From Hypanus sabinus (taxonomy: Eukaryota), in NCBI RefSeq assembly GCF_030144855.1, contig NC_082713.1, positions 75,702,001 to 75,766,000 on the forward strand: a DNA stretch of 64,000 nt. The letters run 5' to 3'. This document shows positions 34,431 to 46,216 of the stretch, piece by piece. The notes below the pieces were generated by a model that had not been told where the DNA came from, made no database searches, and saw only the letters and a program-made list of their open reading frames with translations. Position 1 is the stretch's first letter; each line of letters begins with the position of its first letter. Position numbers and translations under genes: made by a program.

Positions 34431-35639
34431 TGAGTTTTAGAGTGGGTGCAGAGATTTACCAGGATGCCTCCTGGATTAGAGAGCTTGTCTTGTGAGGATG
34501 GATTGAGTGAGTTTGGAGCAGAGGAGGATGAGAGGTGAATTGACACAGCTATAAAAAATGATAAGCAGCAGGGATGGAGTGAACAGCTAGAGAGATATTT
34601 GTCCCAGGGTGGAAATGGGTAATCCAAGGGGCCATAATTTTAAGATAATTGGAGAAAAGTATAAAGGGGATGTCAGAGTTAAGTTCTTTATGCAGAGGGT
34701 TGGGTGTATGGAATGCACTGCTACGTCCGCTAGTGGAGACATACATGAGGGGATTTTCAATAAACACATGAATGAAAGAAAGATGGAGGGCTATTTGGCA
34801 GGAAAGGATTGGATTGATCATATAAGATAAGTGTTGAAAAGACTGGTAGTTCATGGCCCGAAGGGCCCATACTATGCTGTACTGTTTCACATTCTATACT
34901 TTAATAAGGCCAGCCCCAAGCCCCTCTGTTCTAGTGGAAACAGTTCCAGGCCATGTCGTTTGGTACCCCTCTGGCTTAGTCATGTGCTTCCTAGAGGTTG
35001 GTGATTAGAACTGTGCATAATACTCTAGGCCTCTGGATGAATGGTCCAGTAACCTAATCACATTGATGCGTTCCTGAGAAGGGTGTTGCTCTTGTTATCT
35101 GAGCTGCGCTCTTCCACACCACTTGTGTATTCCCGGTTGTGTCTGGCTGCTCTAATCCATTATGCAGCCCAATTCTGGATGAACCAACCTCTAACAAGAC
35201 AGAAGCAAGCTCCAGCAGTCTGTCCTACTGCTGATCAGTTAGAATATGGTGAAAGGTTCTTCCACTGTCCAGTCGTTGGTTTAGCAGTGATATTCTTTGT
35301 TGCTAGGACCACTGACGTCTGGTCACCTAGACAGATGGGGCATGGCAGGGAACTGGGCAGTGGGCCAGAGTGGAATTGGCGCATTGGGAGGAAATGGAAA
35401 TCAGGAGACATAGCATCTCACTGAGAGAGAAAGGCAAAGTGCTGGAGGAGCTCAGGAAGCATCTCCAGAAGGGAATAATTTGACATTTTGGGTAAAGACC
35501 CTTCACTAGGACTGAAAAGGAAGGGAGTGGAAGGAGACAATCTAGCAGATGATGGGTTCCTCTCCTCTTTCTTTCATGGTCCATTGTCTTCTCCTATTAG
35601 ATCGCAGCTTCTTCAGCCGTTTACTTCCCACTTCTGAAC

Positions 35640-36790
35640 TGGAGAATTCCAAATGTTACTCCTCTCTTTAAGAAGGAAGGGAGGCAGCAGAAAGGGAATT
35701 AGAGGCCAGCTAGCCTGACTTAAGTGGTTGGGAGGATGTTGGAGTCCATTATTAAGGATCACGTTTCCAGCTCCTTGGAGGCACATAATAAAATAGGTCT
35801 AAGTCAGCGTGATTTCCTCAAGGGGAAATCTGACCTGGCAACTCTTTTGGAATTCTTTGAGGAAATTACAGGCAGGATAGACAAAGGAGAGTCGGTGGCT
35901 TGGATTTACTTGGATTTTCAAAAAGCCTTTGACAAGGTGACGCACATGAGACTGCTTAACAAGAGTTTGTGGTATTACAGGGAAGATACTAACATGGGTG
36001 ACTGGAAAAAGATAAAGAGTGGGAATAAACGGGAACTTTTCTGGTCGGCTGCCAGTGACTAGTGGTGTTCTATAGGGGCTGGTTTTGTGACCACTTCTTT
36101 TCAGGTTATATGTAAATGATTTGGATGACGGAATTGATGGCTTTATGGCTAAGGTTGTGGACAATACAAAGGCAGATGGAGGTGTTGAGGAACCAGGGAG
36201 TCTGCAGAGGGACAGTTGGGAGAATGGCCAAAGAAGTGGCAGTTGGAACATTGTGTAGGGAAGTGTATGGTCGTGCAATTTGGTAGAAAGTATAAGGGTG
36301 TACTTTATTTTATAAATGGGGAGAAAGTTCAAAAATCAGAGCTGTAAGGGACTTGGGAGTCATCGTGCAAGATTTCCTAAATGTTAACTTGTTAGTCGAG
36401 TTGGCAGTAAAGAAAACGAGTGCAATATTTGCATTCATTTTGAGAGGACTAGATATAAGAGTGAGGACGTGATGCTGAGACTTGATAAGTCATTGGTCAG
36501 ACTGCACTCGGGAGTAGTGTGAGCAGTTTTGGGACCCTTATCTAAGAAAAGATATGCTAGCATTGGAAAGGGTCCAGGGGAGGTTCACCAGAATAGTTCT
36601 GGGATTGAAAGGGTTAACGTATGAGAAGCATTTAATGGCTCAAAGGCTGTACTCACTGGAGTTTAGAAGAAAGGGAGGATCTCACTGAAACCTATTGAAT
36701 GATCCGGATAATAAATCAGCCACGTTGGAATAGTAGAGCAGACTCCACGGCTGAATGGCCTAATTCTGCTCAAATGTGTTATGGTCTTAA
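35640..36790 (+). mobile_element. CR1 LINE RT and 3' end
   Basis: ORF 35724..36062: LLEFFEEIT...YLDFQKAFDKV. Confidence 0.85.
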
Positions 36791-36939
36791 GTGCACTAAA
36801 GTATACTTTTTTTTCACAAACGAGAAAACCTGCAAATGCTGGAAATCCTGGGATGTCGACTGTACTTTTTCCCGCAGATGCTGCCTGGCCTGCTGAGTTC
36901 CTCCAGCATTTTGTGTGTGTTGACATTTTCTTTTGTTCT

Positions 36940-38410
36940 GATAGATAAATAGATACTTCATTTATCACAAAGGAAGTTACAGTGCAACAGCAGAATTACA
37001 AGTGCACAGACATACAAATATTAGAAGAGAAGTAGAAAGAATAAAAAAAATTAGTTGCCACGATCAAACAGGAGGGGGTCATCACTTCCCCAGCTATAGG
37101 TTGTCTCTATAGAGCCTAATGGCCTAGGGTAAGAATGACCTCATACAGCGCTCTTTGGAACAGCGCCGTTGTCTTAGTCTGTTACTAAAAGTGATCCTCT
37201 GTTCAGCCAAGGTGGCACACAGAGGGTGGGAAACATTGTCCAGAATTGCCAGGATTTTCTGTAAGGTCCTTTGTTCTACCACAGTCTCCAGTGTGTCCAG
37301 TTTGACTCCTATAACAGAGCCAGCCTTTCTAATCAGTTTATTGAGCCTGTAGGCATCACCATGTTGATGCCATTGCCCCAGCACACCACCACATAGAAGA
37401 TTGTACTGGTGATAACTGACTGGCAGAACACGTGAAGGAAAGGCCTGCATTCGCCAAAGGACGTCAGTCTCCTCAGGAAGTAGAGGCAACTCTAACCCTT
37501 CTTGTACACAGCCTCTATGTTGGTGATCCACTCAAGTCCATCATCCAGGTGCACACACCACATCCATGTCCTCACCATCAATAGTAATAAGCAGCAGTGC
37601 GGGCTTGGTCTTCATAAAGTCCTTCACCATCTCCTTTGACTTCCTGATGCTGAGCTGCAGATGAGTCAGCTTGCATCATTTGACAAAGTCTTCCACCAGG
37701 GCCCTGTATTAATCTTCCAGTCCTCCGTTTATTGGATTGATTTGAATTGACTTTATTTTTTACATCCCTTACATACATAAGGAGTAAAAATCTTTACATT
37801 AGGTCTCCATCTAAATGTGCCATGTGCAATCATAGTAATTTATAATAAATAGAACAGTCAATGTAATATACAGTGTACTCAAGTCTGCATGAGTTCATCA
37901 GTCTGATGGCCTGGTGGAAGGAGCTGTCTCAGAGTCTGTTGGTCCTGGCTTTTTTGCTGTGGTACTGTTTCCTAGTTGGTATCAGCTGGAATAGATTGTG
38001 GTTGGGATGGCTTGGGTCCCCAATGATCCTATGGGCCCTTTTCACACACCTGTCCTCATAAATGTTCTGAGTAGTGTGCTGGGCTGTCGACACGACTCTC
38101 TGGAGAGTCCTGCGATTGAGGGACATACAGTTCCCATACCAGGCAGTGATGCAGCCAGTCAAGATGCTCGTGATTGAGCCCCTGTAGAATGTTCTTAGGA
38201 TTTTGGGGCCCATAGCAAACTTCCTCAACCTCCGAAGTGAAAGAGACGCTGTTGTGCCTTTTTCACCACATAGCTGGTGTGTACAGACCACGTGAGGTCC
38301 TCGGTGAAGTGGATGCTGAGGAACTTGAAGCTGTTTACCCTCTCAACCCCAGATCCATTGATGTCAATAGGGGCTAGTCTGTCTCCATTCCTCCTGTAAT
38401 CCACAACCAG
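36940..38410 (-). mobile_element. Two Rex1-type LINE 3' ends (about 36940-37710 and 37735-38410)
   Basis: KKAQQRLFH/LRRLRKF...ILTGCITAWYGNC...LQRVV; ORF 37124..37531. Confidence 0.8.
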
Positions 38411-39004
38411 CTCCCAACTATATAAACCCAACTATTGCTGAGCCCTCAGAGAATTTCTGCAGATGATATGACTCAGTGTTGTACCTAAAGTCCGGGTGAA
38501 CAGGAAGGAGCCAATACAGTACCCTGTGCGGCCCCAGTGCTGCTCATAGCCATGTCTGACACACAGCTCTGAAGCTGCATAAACTGTGCAATGAGGGCTG
38601 TGTGGTATTGAAGGGACTTGAGAAATCAAAAAACATGATCCTCACAGAGCTGCTCTGCTTGTTCAAATAGGAGTAGATCACCGTAATGATGTTCTTGTAA
38701 AATCTGTGCATGATTTATGTTGAACTGCCTATATGGACTGGTACATATAGCTTGGTTTAGTAACTGCAGAGGCACGTGGACACAATCAGCCCATCACGGA
38801 AACTGGCCTCCAGTCCATGGACTCTGTCTACGTATCTCATTGCCAGACCTCACCCTCCCCTAGCATTCTCTCTTCTCTCCATCAGACTCAGAGACTTCAA
38901 TTCCACTGTTATAAGACAATTGGTCTGTTCTCCAGTGCAAAAAGATGGGCAATTTACCTTGTTATGGCTTTGCACCTTGTTGCCTGCTTGCACTGATTTT
39001 CTCT

Positions 39005-39520
39005 GTAACTTAGAGTATTGTGAACAGTTTTGGGCCCCTTACTTAAGAAAGGATGAGCTGGCATTGGAGAGGGTCCATGGGAATGAAAGGGTTAACATGC
39101 TATATGACGAATGTTCAATGTCTCTGGTCCTGTACTCGACGGAGTTCAGAAGAATGAAGGGGAATCTTACTGAAACCTTCTTGAATGTTGAAAGGCCTGG
39201 ATCGAGAGGGTGTTTCCTATAATGAGTGAGTCTACGATCAGCGAGCACAGCCTCAGACTAGAGGGTAATCCATTTAGAACAAAGGTGAGGAGGAATTTCT
39301 TTAGCCAGATGGAAGTAAATCTGGAATTCATTGCCAGAGATGGCTGTGGAGGCAAAATCATTGTGTATTTAAAGTGGTGGTTGATAGGTGTTTAATTAGT
39401 CAGGGTGTCAAAGGTTATAGGGAGAAGATAGGGTGATGGGGTTGAGAGGGATAATAAACCAGTCATGATGGGATGGCAGAGCAGACGCGATGGCCTAATT
39501 CTGTTGTTGTATTATGGTCT
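39005..39520 (+). mobile_element. CR1 LINE 3' end
   Basis: LEYCEQFWAPYLRKDELALERV. Confidence 0.8.
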
Positions 39521-39589
39521 AAGAGATTGCATTCATTAGAACCAATGTTCATAAATTAGATTCATTATTAAATGATGGTCTTGTGGACT

Positions 39590-39795
39590 TCATCCTCCTC
39601 CCCCCTCACCAGCTCTCACCTATCACCCAACAGCTTGTTCTCCTTTCCCTCCCCCTCCCTCTGCCTCCTTAGTCCTGATGAAGGGTCTTGGCCCAGAATG
39701 ACAACTGCTGTCCCCTCCATAGATGCTGACTGACTGGCTGAGACCTTCTGACAATACGTGTCTGCTGCTCGAGATTTCCAGTTCTGTAGAGCCTC
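39590..39795 (+). mobile_element. Penelope-derived short element
   Basis: Pyrimidine tract, then agtc CTGATGA agggtcttggccc, then the family tail. Confidence 0.7.
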
Positions 39796-39876
39796 ACATA
39801 AAGTGAAAGCAGGTGCTAGATAAAGTGTGAAGCCATGAGTGCAGGACGAGGGTGGAGTCCTGGAGAAATATTGCAT

Positions 39877-40742
39877 ATAGAAACATAGAAAACCTACAGC
39901 ACAATACAGGCCCTTCAGCCCACAAAGCTGTGCCGAACATGTCCTTACCTTAGAAATACCTAGGATTCCCCATAGCCCTCTATTTTTCTAAGCTCTATGA
40001 AAAATCTAGGAGCCTCTTAAAAGACCCTATCATAACAGCCTCCAGTACTGTCACCGGCAGCCCATTCCACGCACTCAGCACTCTCAGCGTAAAAACAACT
40101 TAGCCCTGACATCTCCTCAGTACCTACTTCCAAGCATCTTAACCTCTCGTGCTAACCATTTCAGCCCTGGGGAAAAGCCTCTGACTATCCACATGATCAA
40201 TGCCTCTCATCATCTTATACGCCTCTATCAGGTCACCTCTCATCCTCTGTCGCTCTAAGGAGAAAAGGCCGAGTTCACTCAACCTATTCTCATAAGGCAT
40301 GCTCCCCAATCCAGGAAACATCCTTGTAAATCTCCTCTGCACCCTTTCTATAGTTTCTACATCCTTCCTGTACTGAGGTAACCAGAACTGAGCACAGCAC
40401 TCCAAGTGGGGTCTGACCAGAGTCCTATATAGCTGCAACATTACCTCTCGGCTCCTAAACTCATGATTGATGAAGGCCAATGCACCATACGTCTTCTTAA
40501 CCACAGAGTCAACCTGCTCAGCTGCTCTGAGTGTCCTATGGACTAGGACCCCAAGATCCTTCTGATCCTCCACACTGCCAAGAGTCTTACTATTAATTCT
40601 ACATTCTGCCATCATATTTGACATACCAAAATGAACCACTTCACACTTACCTGCGTTGAACTCCATCTGCCACTTTTCAGCCCAGTTTTGCATCCTCGAT
40701 GTCCCATTGTAACCTCTGACAGTCCTCCACACTATCCACAAC
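39877..40742 (-). mobile_element. CR1 LINE 3' end, comparatively well preserved
   Basis: WAEKWQMEFN..KCEVVHFG...LVRPHLECCAQFW...RMRGDLIE; tail near 39880. Confidence 0.9.
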
Positions 40743-43700
40743 CGGGTGAGGGTAGCCAGTGGCCTTGTACCCCGGTGAGATAGAGACGTGCCTGGCCTGG
40801 CATGTGATGTCAGTTCCAGTAGACTGGGCGGATGAGATTTACAGAGAGATCCAATGGCAGAGAAGGTGGTTATGCAATGCTCCGTGGAGAGCGAAGGGCA
40901 GGACAAGGCACAGAAGGTCATCTATCTGCAACAAGGACGACTCCACTTTGTGACACTTGTTCATACCACTGGACCCAGACTTTGGAGGGTAAGACGGTGG
41001 AACTGCCCCAGTGCAATGGCTTTTGCACTTTAAAACTCCCGCACAGCTCTCCTCGTCAGAAACGATGGACACCACCACCTCAGCATCATTGTAATAAACA
41101 TCTCCATGGAAAGTTTTCTAAGGCCAGGCAAGTTTTTTCACTGCGCGACAGTACATGTGACAGCAATAACCTAATTTACCAAAAAGACAAGGCCTTAAAA
41201 GGATGGAGGGCTAGAGAAAAAGCAGGAGAAGATATAAAATTTAAAAACGTTTGTGGGAAGCACCAAGTGTGGGGCAATAAGAGATGTGTGTGTGGGTGAG
41301 ATAAAAGATACAGAAGTGCAGAAGGGTGACTTGCTGAAGCCCCTGTGTAGTGCACACTGCTCCATTTTCTGCATATTTGTTTATTGGGAAGCCAGAGGTG
41401 TGCTCTAACTAGGGACATAATTAGCAGTGGACTATCCAGTCGCCTGAGGCTATGCCGCCAAACTTGTTTTTAAATGTTTGGAGCAAAACTCTGCAGATGC
41501 TGCTGAACTTCTGGAAATCCCCGGAGGTTTTTTTTAAAAACAGTTTTGGGCAAATGTGGCAAAGCCTTTCTGTTTCCATTCATTTCCGATCGTCTCTGTA
41601 TCATTTTGTTTCAGTTTTGGTTTTGTTTTTTAATTGTGACTGTTCCACAAAAACTGATGCCCAAATAACTGTAACATGTGGATGCTGCAACTATTTGGTT
41701 TTGCTCAAGCAAATGCAAATGGACCCAGACTTGGTAGTTTGTCCGAGACTCACTTTATTGTTAATACAGAGAAGAAAAATGGAGAGTTGCGAGAAATGCT
41801 TTATATTATACACTACTATACCACTAATAGGTAGGGCTAACTTAAGCAACCCCTAGTAGTCAACACCGCTGAGTATACTTAGCAACGTCTGCGTGGTTCC
41901 TGAGGCAGGCGATCAACTGTGGACTGTCTAGGGTGGAGGTCCTTGCCGCTGGTTCAGCTGCTCGGCCTGAAGGTGGGACCCAGGCGAGTGGTCTGCCCGC
42001 CTTTTATAGCCCTACCGCCACCTCCCAGTCCAGCTGGTAGGGGCGAGGCATCCAATCTGATGTTCACACAAGCCTAACCTCTTGGTCGGGTGACCTTCAG
42101 CAATTGGCCTCTGCCTCCTCAAGGATAATACATTCTATTAATCTTACAATCAAACAATGTACAAAAACATTCTTTAGAGAAAAGGTGATTAATTACTTTT
42201 ACACAAATTAGCACCTCTGGTTTGCTTTCAGGCCATGTTATCGGGTAGACCAGAGTCACATTCTTTCTCCCCTTATCTAGTATCAAGGGTCAATTTGCCC
42301 AACACACAGGTAGATCTTCAAAACAGGACAGACCCACAAATTCCTAATTGTTAACCATTTCCTTGCTGCATCCATCTTTCGGACCCACACATCTCACCCA
42401 TACACTTACCAATACAGTGACCTTGCCAACTTTGGGCTGCTTTGCTCCACAAGTGTTTCCCTCTGTTCATTCCTCCTTCTGAAACGTAAAACCTTTCATT
42501 GAAAAGTTTGAAACAAGGGAGCTTGATATGACTGTCACCCTTGTGTTGTCTCCCACTGATGCTACCAGACCTAGTCACATCCAACGTTGTGTGTATTGAT
42601 TTAAGGAACTGGATAAGGGGTAGATCAGATTACTGTCAAAATCTATGAGCCTCAGGCTCAGTAAATTAAGGGTAGGGCTGAGTAATGGTCTTTGAATTCA
42701 AAAAAGTCAATGGCAATGAACCAAAGTTAAGATCAAGGGCCTTTGAATTTCAGATTTCAAATGTGGTGTCTCAAATCACCAAATGCACCAGTCTGAACCG
42801 ATATAGAACAGGGCACATGGAGCCAGCAGCACTTTGAAATAGGGAAGCTGCTGTTAGACAAAGCCAAGACACCAGAGCACAAGGCTGTTTTGTACAGAAT
42901 GTATTCTGCTGCTTTTGCCTTCTAGTAGGATTTCCATTCTATAACTTTTTTATGGTAATAATTAAAGGACTTATCAATTCCTACAGTGAGATCTCTTATG
43001 CACAATGATAAAAGCACAGATGTTGATGGATACAGCCAGGACCCCTCTTAATGCATGTGTGGGGAATAAACGATAACCACGTCTTGACTCATCCAAAAGC
43101 CAGTCGCGCCACAGTGTAGCATTACCTCCTAATCAAATGGTCCCAATTAGTTTTGACTACTTGGCAGTTTTCAGAATGGAATGTGAATCCGAGCTCTATG
43201 GATTGAGAGGACAGATAAGGCCTGGGTCACTGTGTTAATGAACAAGCCTCTGGATTCAGAGACTCCAGCAGAACTTGAGTGAGTCACTGTGGGTAGAGAT
43301 TTCTGAAGAGTACTTGGTGTCCTATGGTAAAGAATAAGCTGATTGTTTGGGAATCCTGATGTAGCCAATTCCCATGTTCCCTTTGATACCCCCAGTTCCT
43401 GGTGATCGCATTTCCAGCTGGATTCTGGTTCCTACACGACTTTCAAACTCTCCTGCTTTTTGCTGCACTGCTTTGAAACTCACTGAGCTCACTAGAAAAT
43501 TATACTGCTGTTCCGTTTAACATCGTTAAAAATACTGGATTGAAAGTGTGTTGTCGCATTATTGGCAAATAATATCAAAACAGTACGGGGAACCTAGCCC
43601 AGCACCGGTGTTGGATTAATGGAGTTCTATTGTATTGAGAATTTAAAGTCTGCTTATCAAATGAGGTTTGCACTATCTCATAAATGACCCATCCAGCTTT

Positions 43701-43895
43701 GAAAGAGTTTGCAGCTCTCATACTGGAACTCTTCGATCCACACAAAACCAGAGTAGTGGTAGGCTACCCTGCTTTCCCGGGGCTCGTAAGAGGGCGAGGA
43801 AACCTCTCCTTGCACTGTAAAGATGAATGGGTTATCTGAGATAACATTCTTAAACAAATAAAACTCAAGACAAGAATGTAAAATTCAATAAAACG

Positions 43896-43901
43896 TTTAT
43901 T
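43896..43901 (-). terminator. Probable GLA polyadenylation signal (AATAAA on - strand)
   Basis: First canonical hexamer I found downstream of the GLA stop; followed on the - strand by U/GU-rich sequence. Confidence 0.5.
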
Positions 43902-44779
43902 ACATCATAGATAATTGGCTTTGTACAGAAGACTAGAACCCAAGTTGCTGCTTACTGAATTGTGAAGCAGATTTCATGGCCAAATGGCCCACACCTGCTT
44001 CTAGCTCATGTCCTGATGTGAGAATTGTTAATCTCTTCTCACCTTGTTACTGCAAATCAATTATAGATCTATTGCAAAATATATTCTTCAATAAAAGAGA
44101 AATCAGTTATGGCAAAAATCAACTGGGAAAAAAAATCACACTTGTCAGTAAGTAAATACTCTGTGGGGCAGCAGGAACCCAGGGAGCACTTGTGGTGTGG
44201 GTGTGGGAGTCAGGAGGGGGGTTGACAAGGGAGATGCAGGGAATCTCCATGCATTGAGCTCTGTCCACGGAACCATACTGTCTCAGACGGGCAGCTTCTG
44301 ATGGTTGGGAAGAGTTAAGACAGTTGAATGAATTGGGTCAGTCTTGCACAGGAACCTGCAAAGCTGACAGCCCAACCTAGAAGACTATGGGGCAAAAAGA
44401 ATGTGATAGTTCAGCCCTGGTCTGCTCAGAGACTGGTGAGCAATCCTTTGTGTTTAACAGTAGCTCTGCCATAAACACATAGATAAGCATACTTGGACCC
44501 TAACTGTCAGCAGAACCAGCTCAGGGATAAAGATAAAAATCATTGTACAAAGAGACTCCCAGCCACACACTGTCCAGTGGGGAATACCAGGGGACAACAG
44601 GACAGGATCCCATACACATGCACGCACACGTACCCTCCCAACATCAAGGGTCAGCACCTGACCTCTTGGGAAGCAGGATGTTCAGGGTGAGGTTGTTATT
44701 GATAGAACGAGAGGCAGAGTTCCGTTCCAGTTACAAAACCCAGACTGCAGGAGAAGCAGGCGCTGCACCTTTCCGCTGG

Positions 44780-45400
44780 GAAAGTGACCGGGAGCTGCTG
44801 CAGCCGACCTTTCCGCAGGGAAACCTCATTGAAAGTGACCGGGAGCTGCTGCAGCCGACCTTTCCGCAGGGAAACCTCACTGAAAGTGACCGGGAGCTGC
44901 TGCAGCCGACCTTTCCGCAGGGAAACCTCACTGAAAGTGACCGGGAGCTGCTGCAGCCGACCTTTCCGCAGGGAAACCTCACTGAAAGTGACCGGGAGCT
45001 GCTGCAGCCGACCTTTCCGCAGGGAAACCTCACTGAAAGTGACCGGGAGCTGCTGCAGCCGACCTTTCCGCAGGGAAACCTCACTGAAAGTGACCGGGAG
45101 CTGCTGCAGCCGACCTTTCTGCAAGGAAACCTCACTGAAAGTGACCGGGAGCTGCTGCAGCCGACCTTTCCGCAGGGAAACCTCACTGAAAGTGACCGGG
45201 AGCTGCTGCAGCCGACCTTTCCGCAGGGAAACCTCACTGAAAGTGACCGGGAGCTGCTGCAGCCGACCTTTCCGCAGGGAAACCTCACTGAAAGTGACCG
45301 GGAGCTGCTGCAGCCGACCTTTCTGCAAGGAAACCTCACTGAAAGTGACCGGGAGCTGCTGCAGCCGACCTTTCCGCAGGGAAACCTCACTGAAAGTGAC
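44780..45400. repeat. Minisatellite, 12 x 51 bp plus a partial unit
   Basis: Unit gaaagtgaccgggagctgctgcagccgacctttccgcagggaaacctcact. Confidence 0.97.
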
Positions 45401-45862
45401 TGCAGGAAACATTTTCCCACAGCAGACGTAGATAAAACCAGAGGATGTAGTTTGGCATAAGGGATAAGAGTTTCAAAGATGAGCTAGCGTGAGCCTTCTT
45501 CACCGAGGGAGAGAGAGATGTGAGTACCCAGGGTGCTTGCCTAAGAGAGTGGGTGAGTGATTATCAACATTAAAGTCTTGACGAACACTTGAATCAGCTA
45601 GACATAGAAGGCTATGGATCAAGTGCCGGAAAAACGAACAACTAGGAATGGTTAGCATGGATGACTAGGGCTGAATGGCCTGTTTCATTGCTATATGACT
45701 CTATGGGACCATCCCTGCAACTCATAACCATTCCAAAACCCTGTCCCCAGCACCAACACTCTCGATTCTGTATCTCATACACAATGTGTGCATTCTCATA
45801 TCAAATTCTACACCATTAATAAAGACTTGGCCAGGTCACGGTGTGAGAAGAGGCAACGTTTG

Positions 45863-46216
45863 TTACTGCTGCTGTAGGGCAGTCATCTTCACAACCTCAC
45901 TCTTGTGTCTGTGACGGCGCCGCAGCGATTGCACCTTGAGTGACGGCTTCGAGCTATGGGGGAAAACGGTGAAGAGGACAGTGCCGGTGGGGTTCACCCA
46001 GAAGTCCACCACAGATGACCGGCTCTTGATTCCCTGGAACTGGACATCAGGAAGGATCTCTGTGACCAGGCATTTCTCCTTGCAGGCTTTGCCCTCGTCC
46101 AGTCCGAACATGACGATGGGGAACTTCTCTGGGCCACCGATCTCTGCCCAGTTGATGATGGCATAAGCAAAGCCCCCGCCCGCCAGCGGCCGCGACCACA
46201 GATCAAAGTTGCCTTG
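45863..46216 (-). CDS. GLA: GLA exon 7 coding part
   Basis: cttttcag| [11 protein letters not shown]...NPTGTVLF...TALQQQ TAA. Confidence 0.95.
   Translation of the reverse strand, partial: QGNFDLWSRPLAGGGFAYAIINWAEIGGPEKFPIVMFGLDEGKACKEKCLVTEILPDVQFQGIKSRSSVVDFWVNPTGTVLFTVFPHSSKPSLKVQSLRRRHRHKSEVVKMTALQQQ

Noticed and set aside
41670-42150. LTR-like segment (also about 29770-30130)
   Set aside because: TATA and poly(A)-like motifs are present, but I could not establish termini or a convincing TSD
43680-43815. Short - strand ORF after an acceptor-like site (QGEVSSPSY...)
   Set aside because: No recognisable homology and out of phase with the GLA exon 6 donor
44543-45460. 215-305 aa ORFs on both strands
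   Set aside because: Products of the 51-bp (17-codon) tandem repeat; no splice or promoter support and no domain similarity
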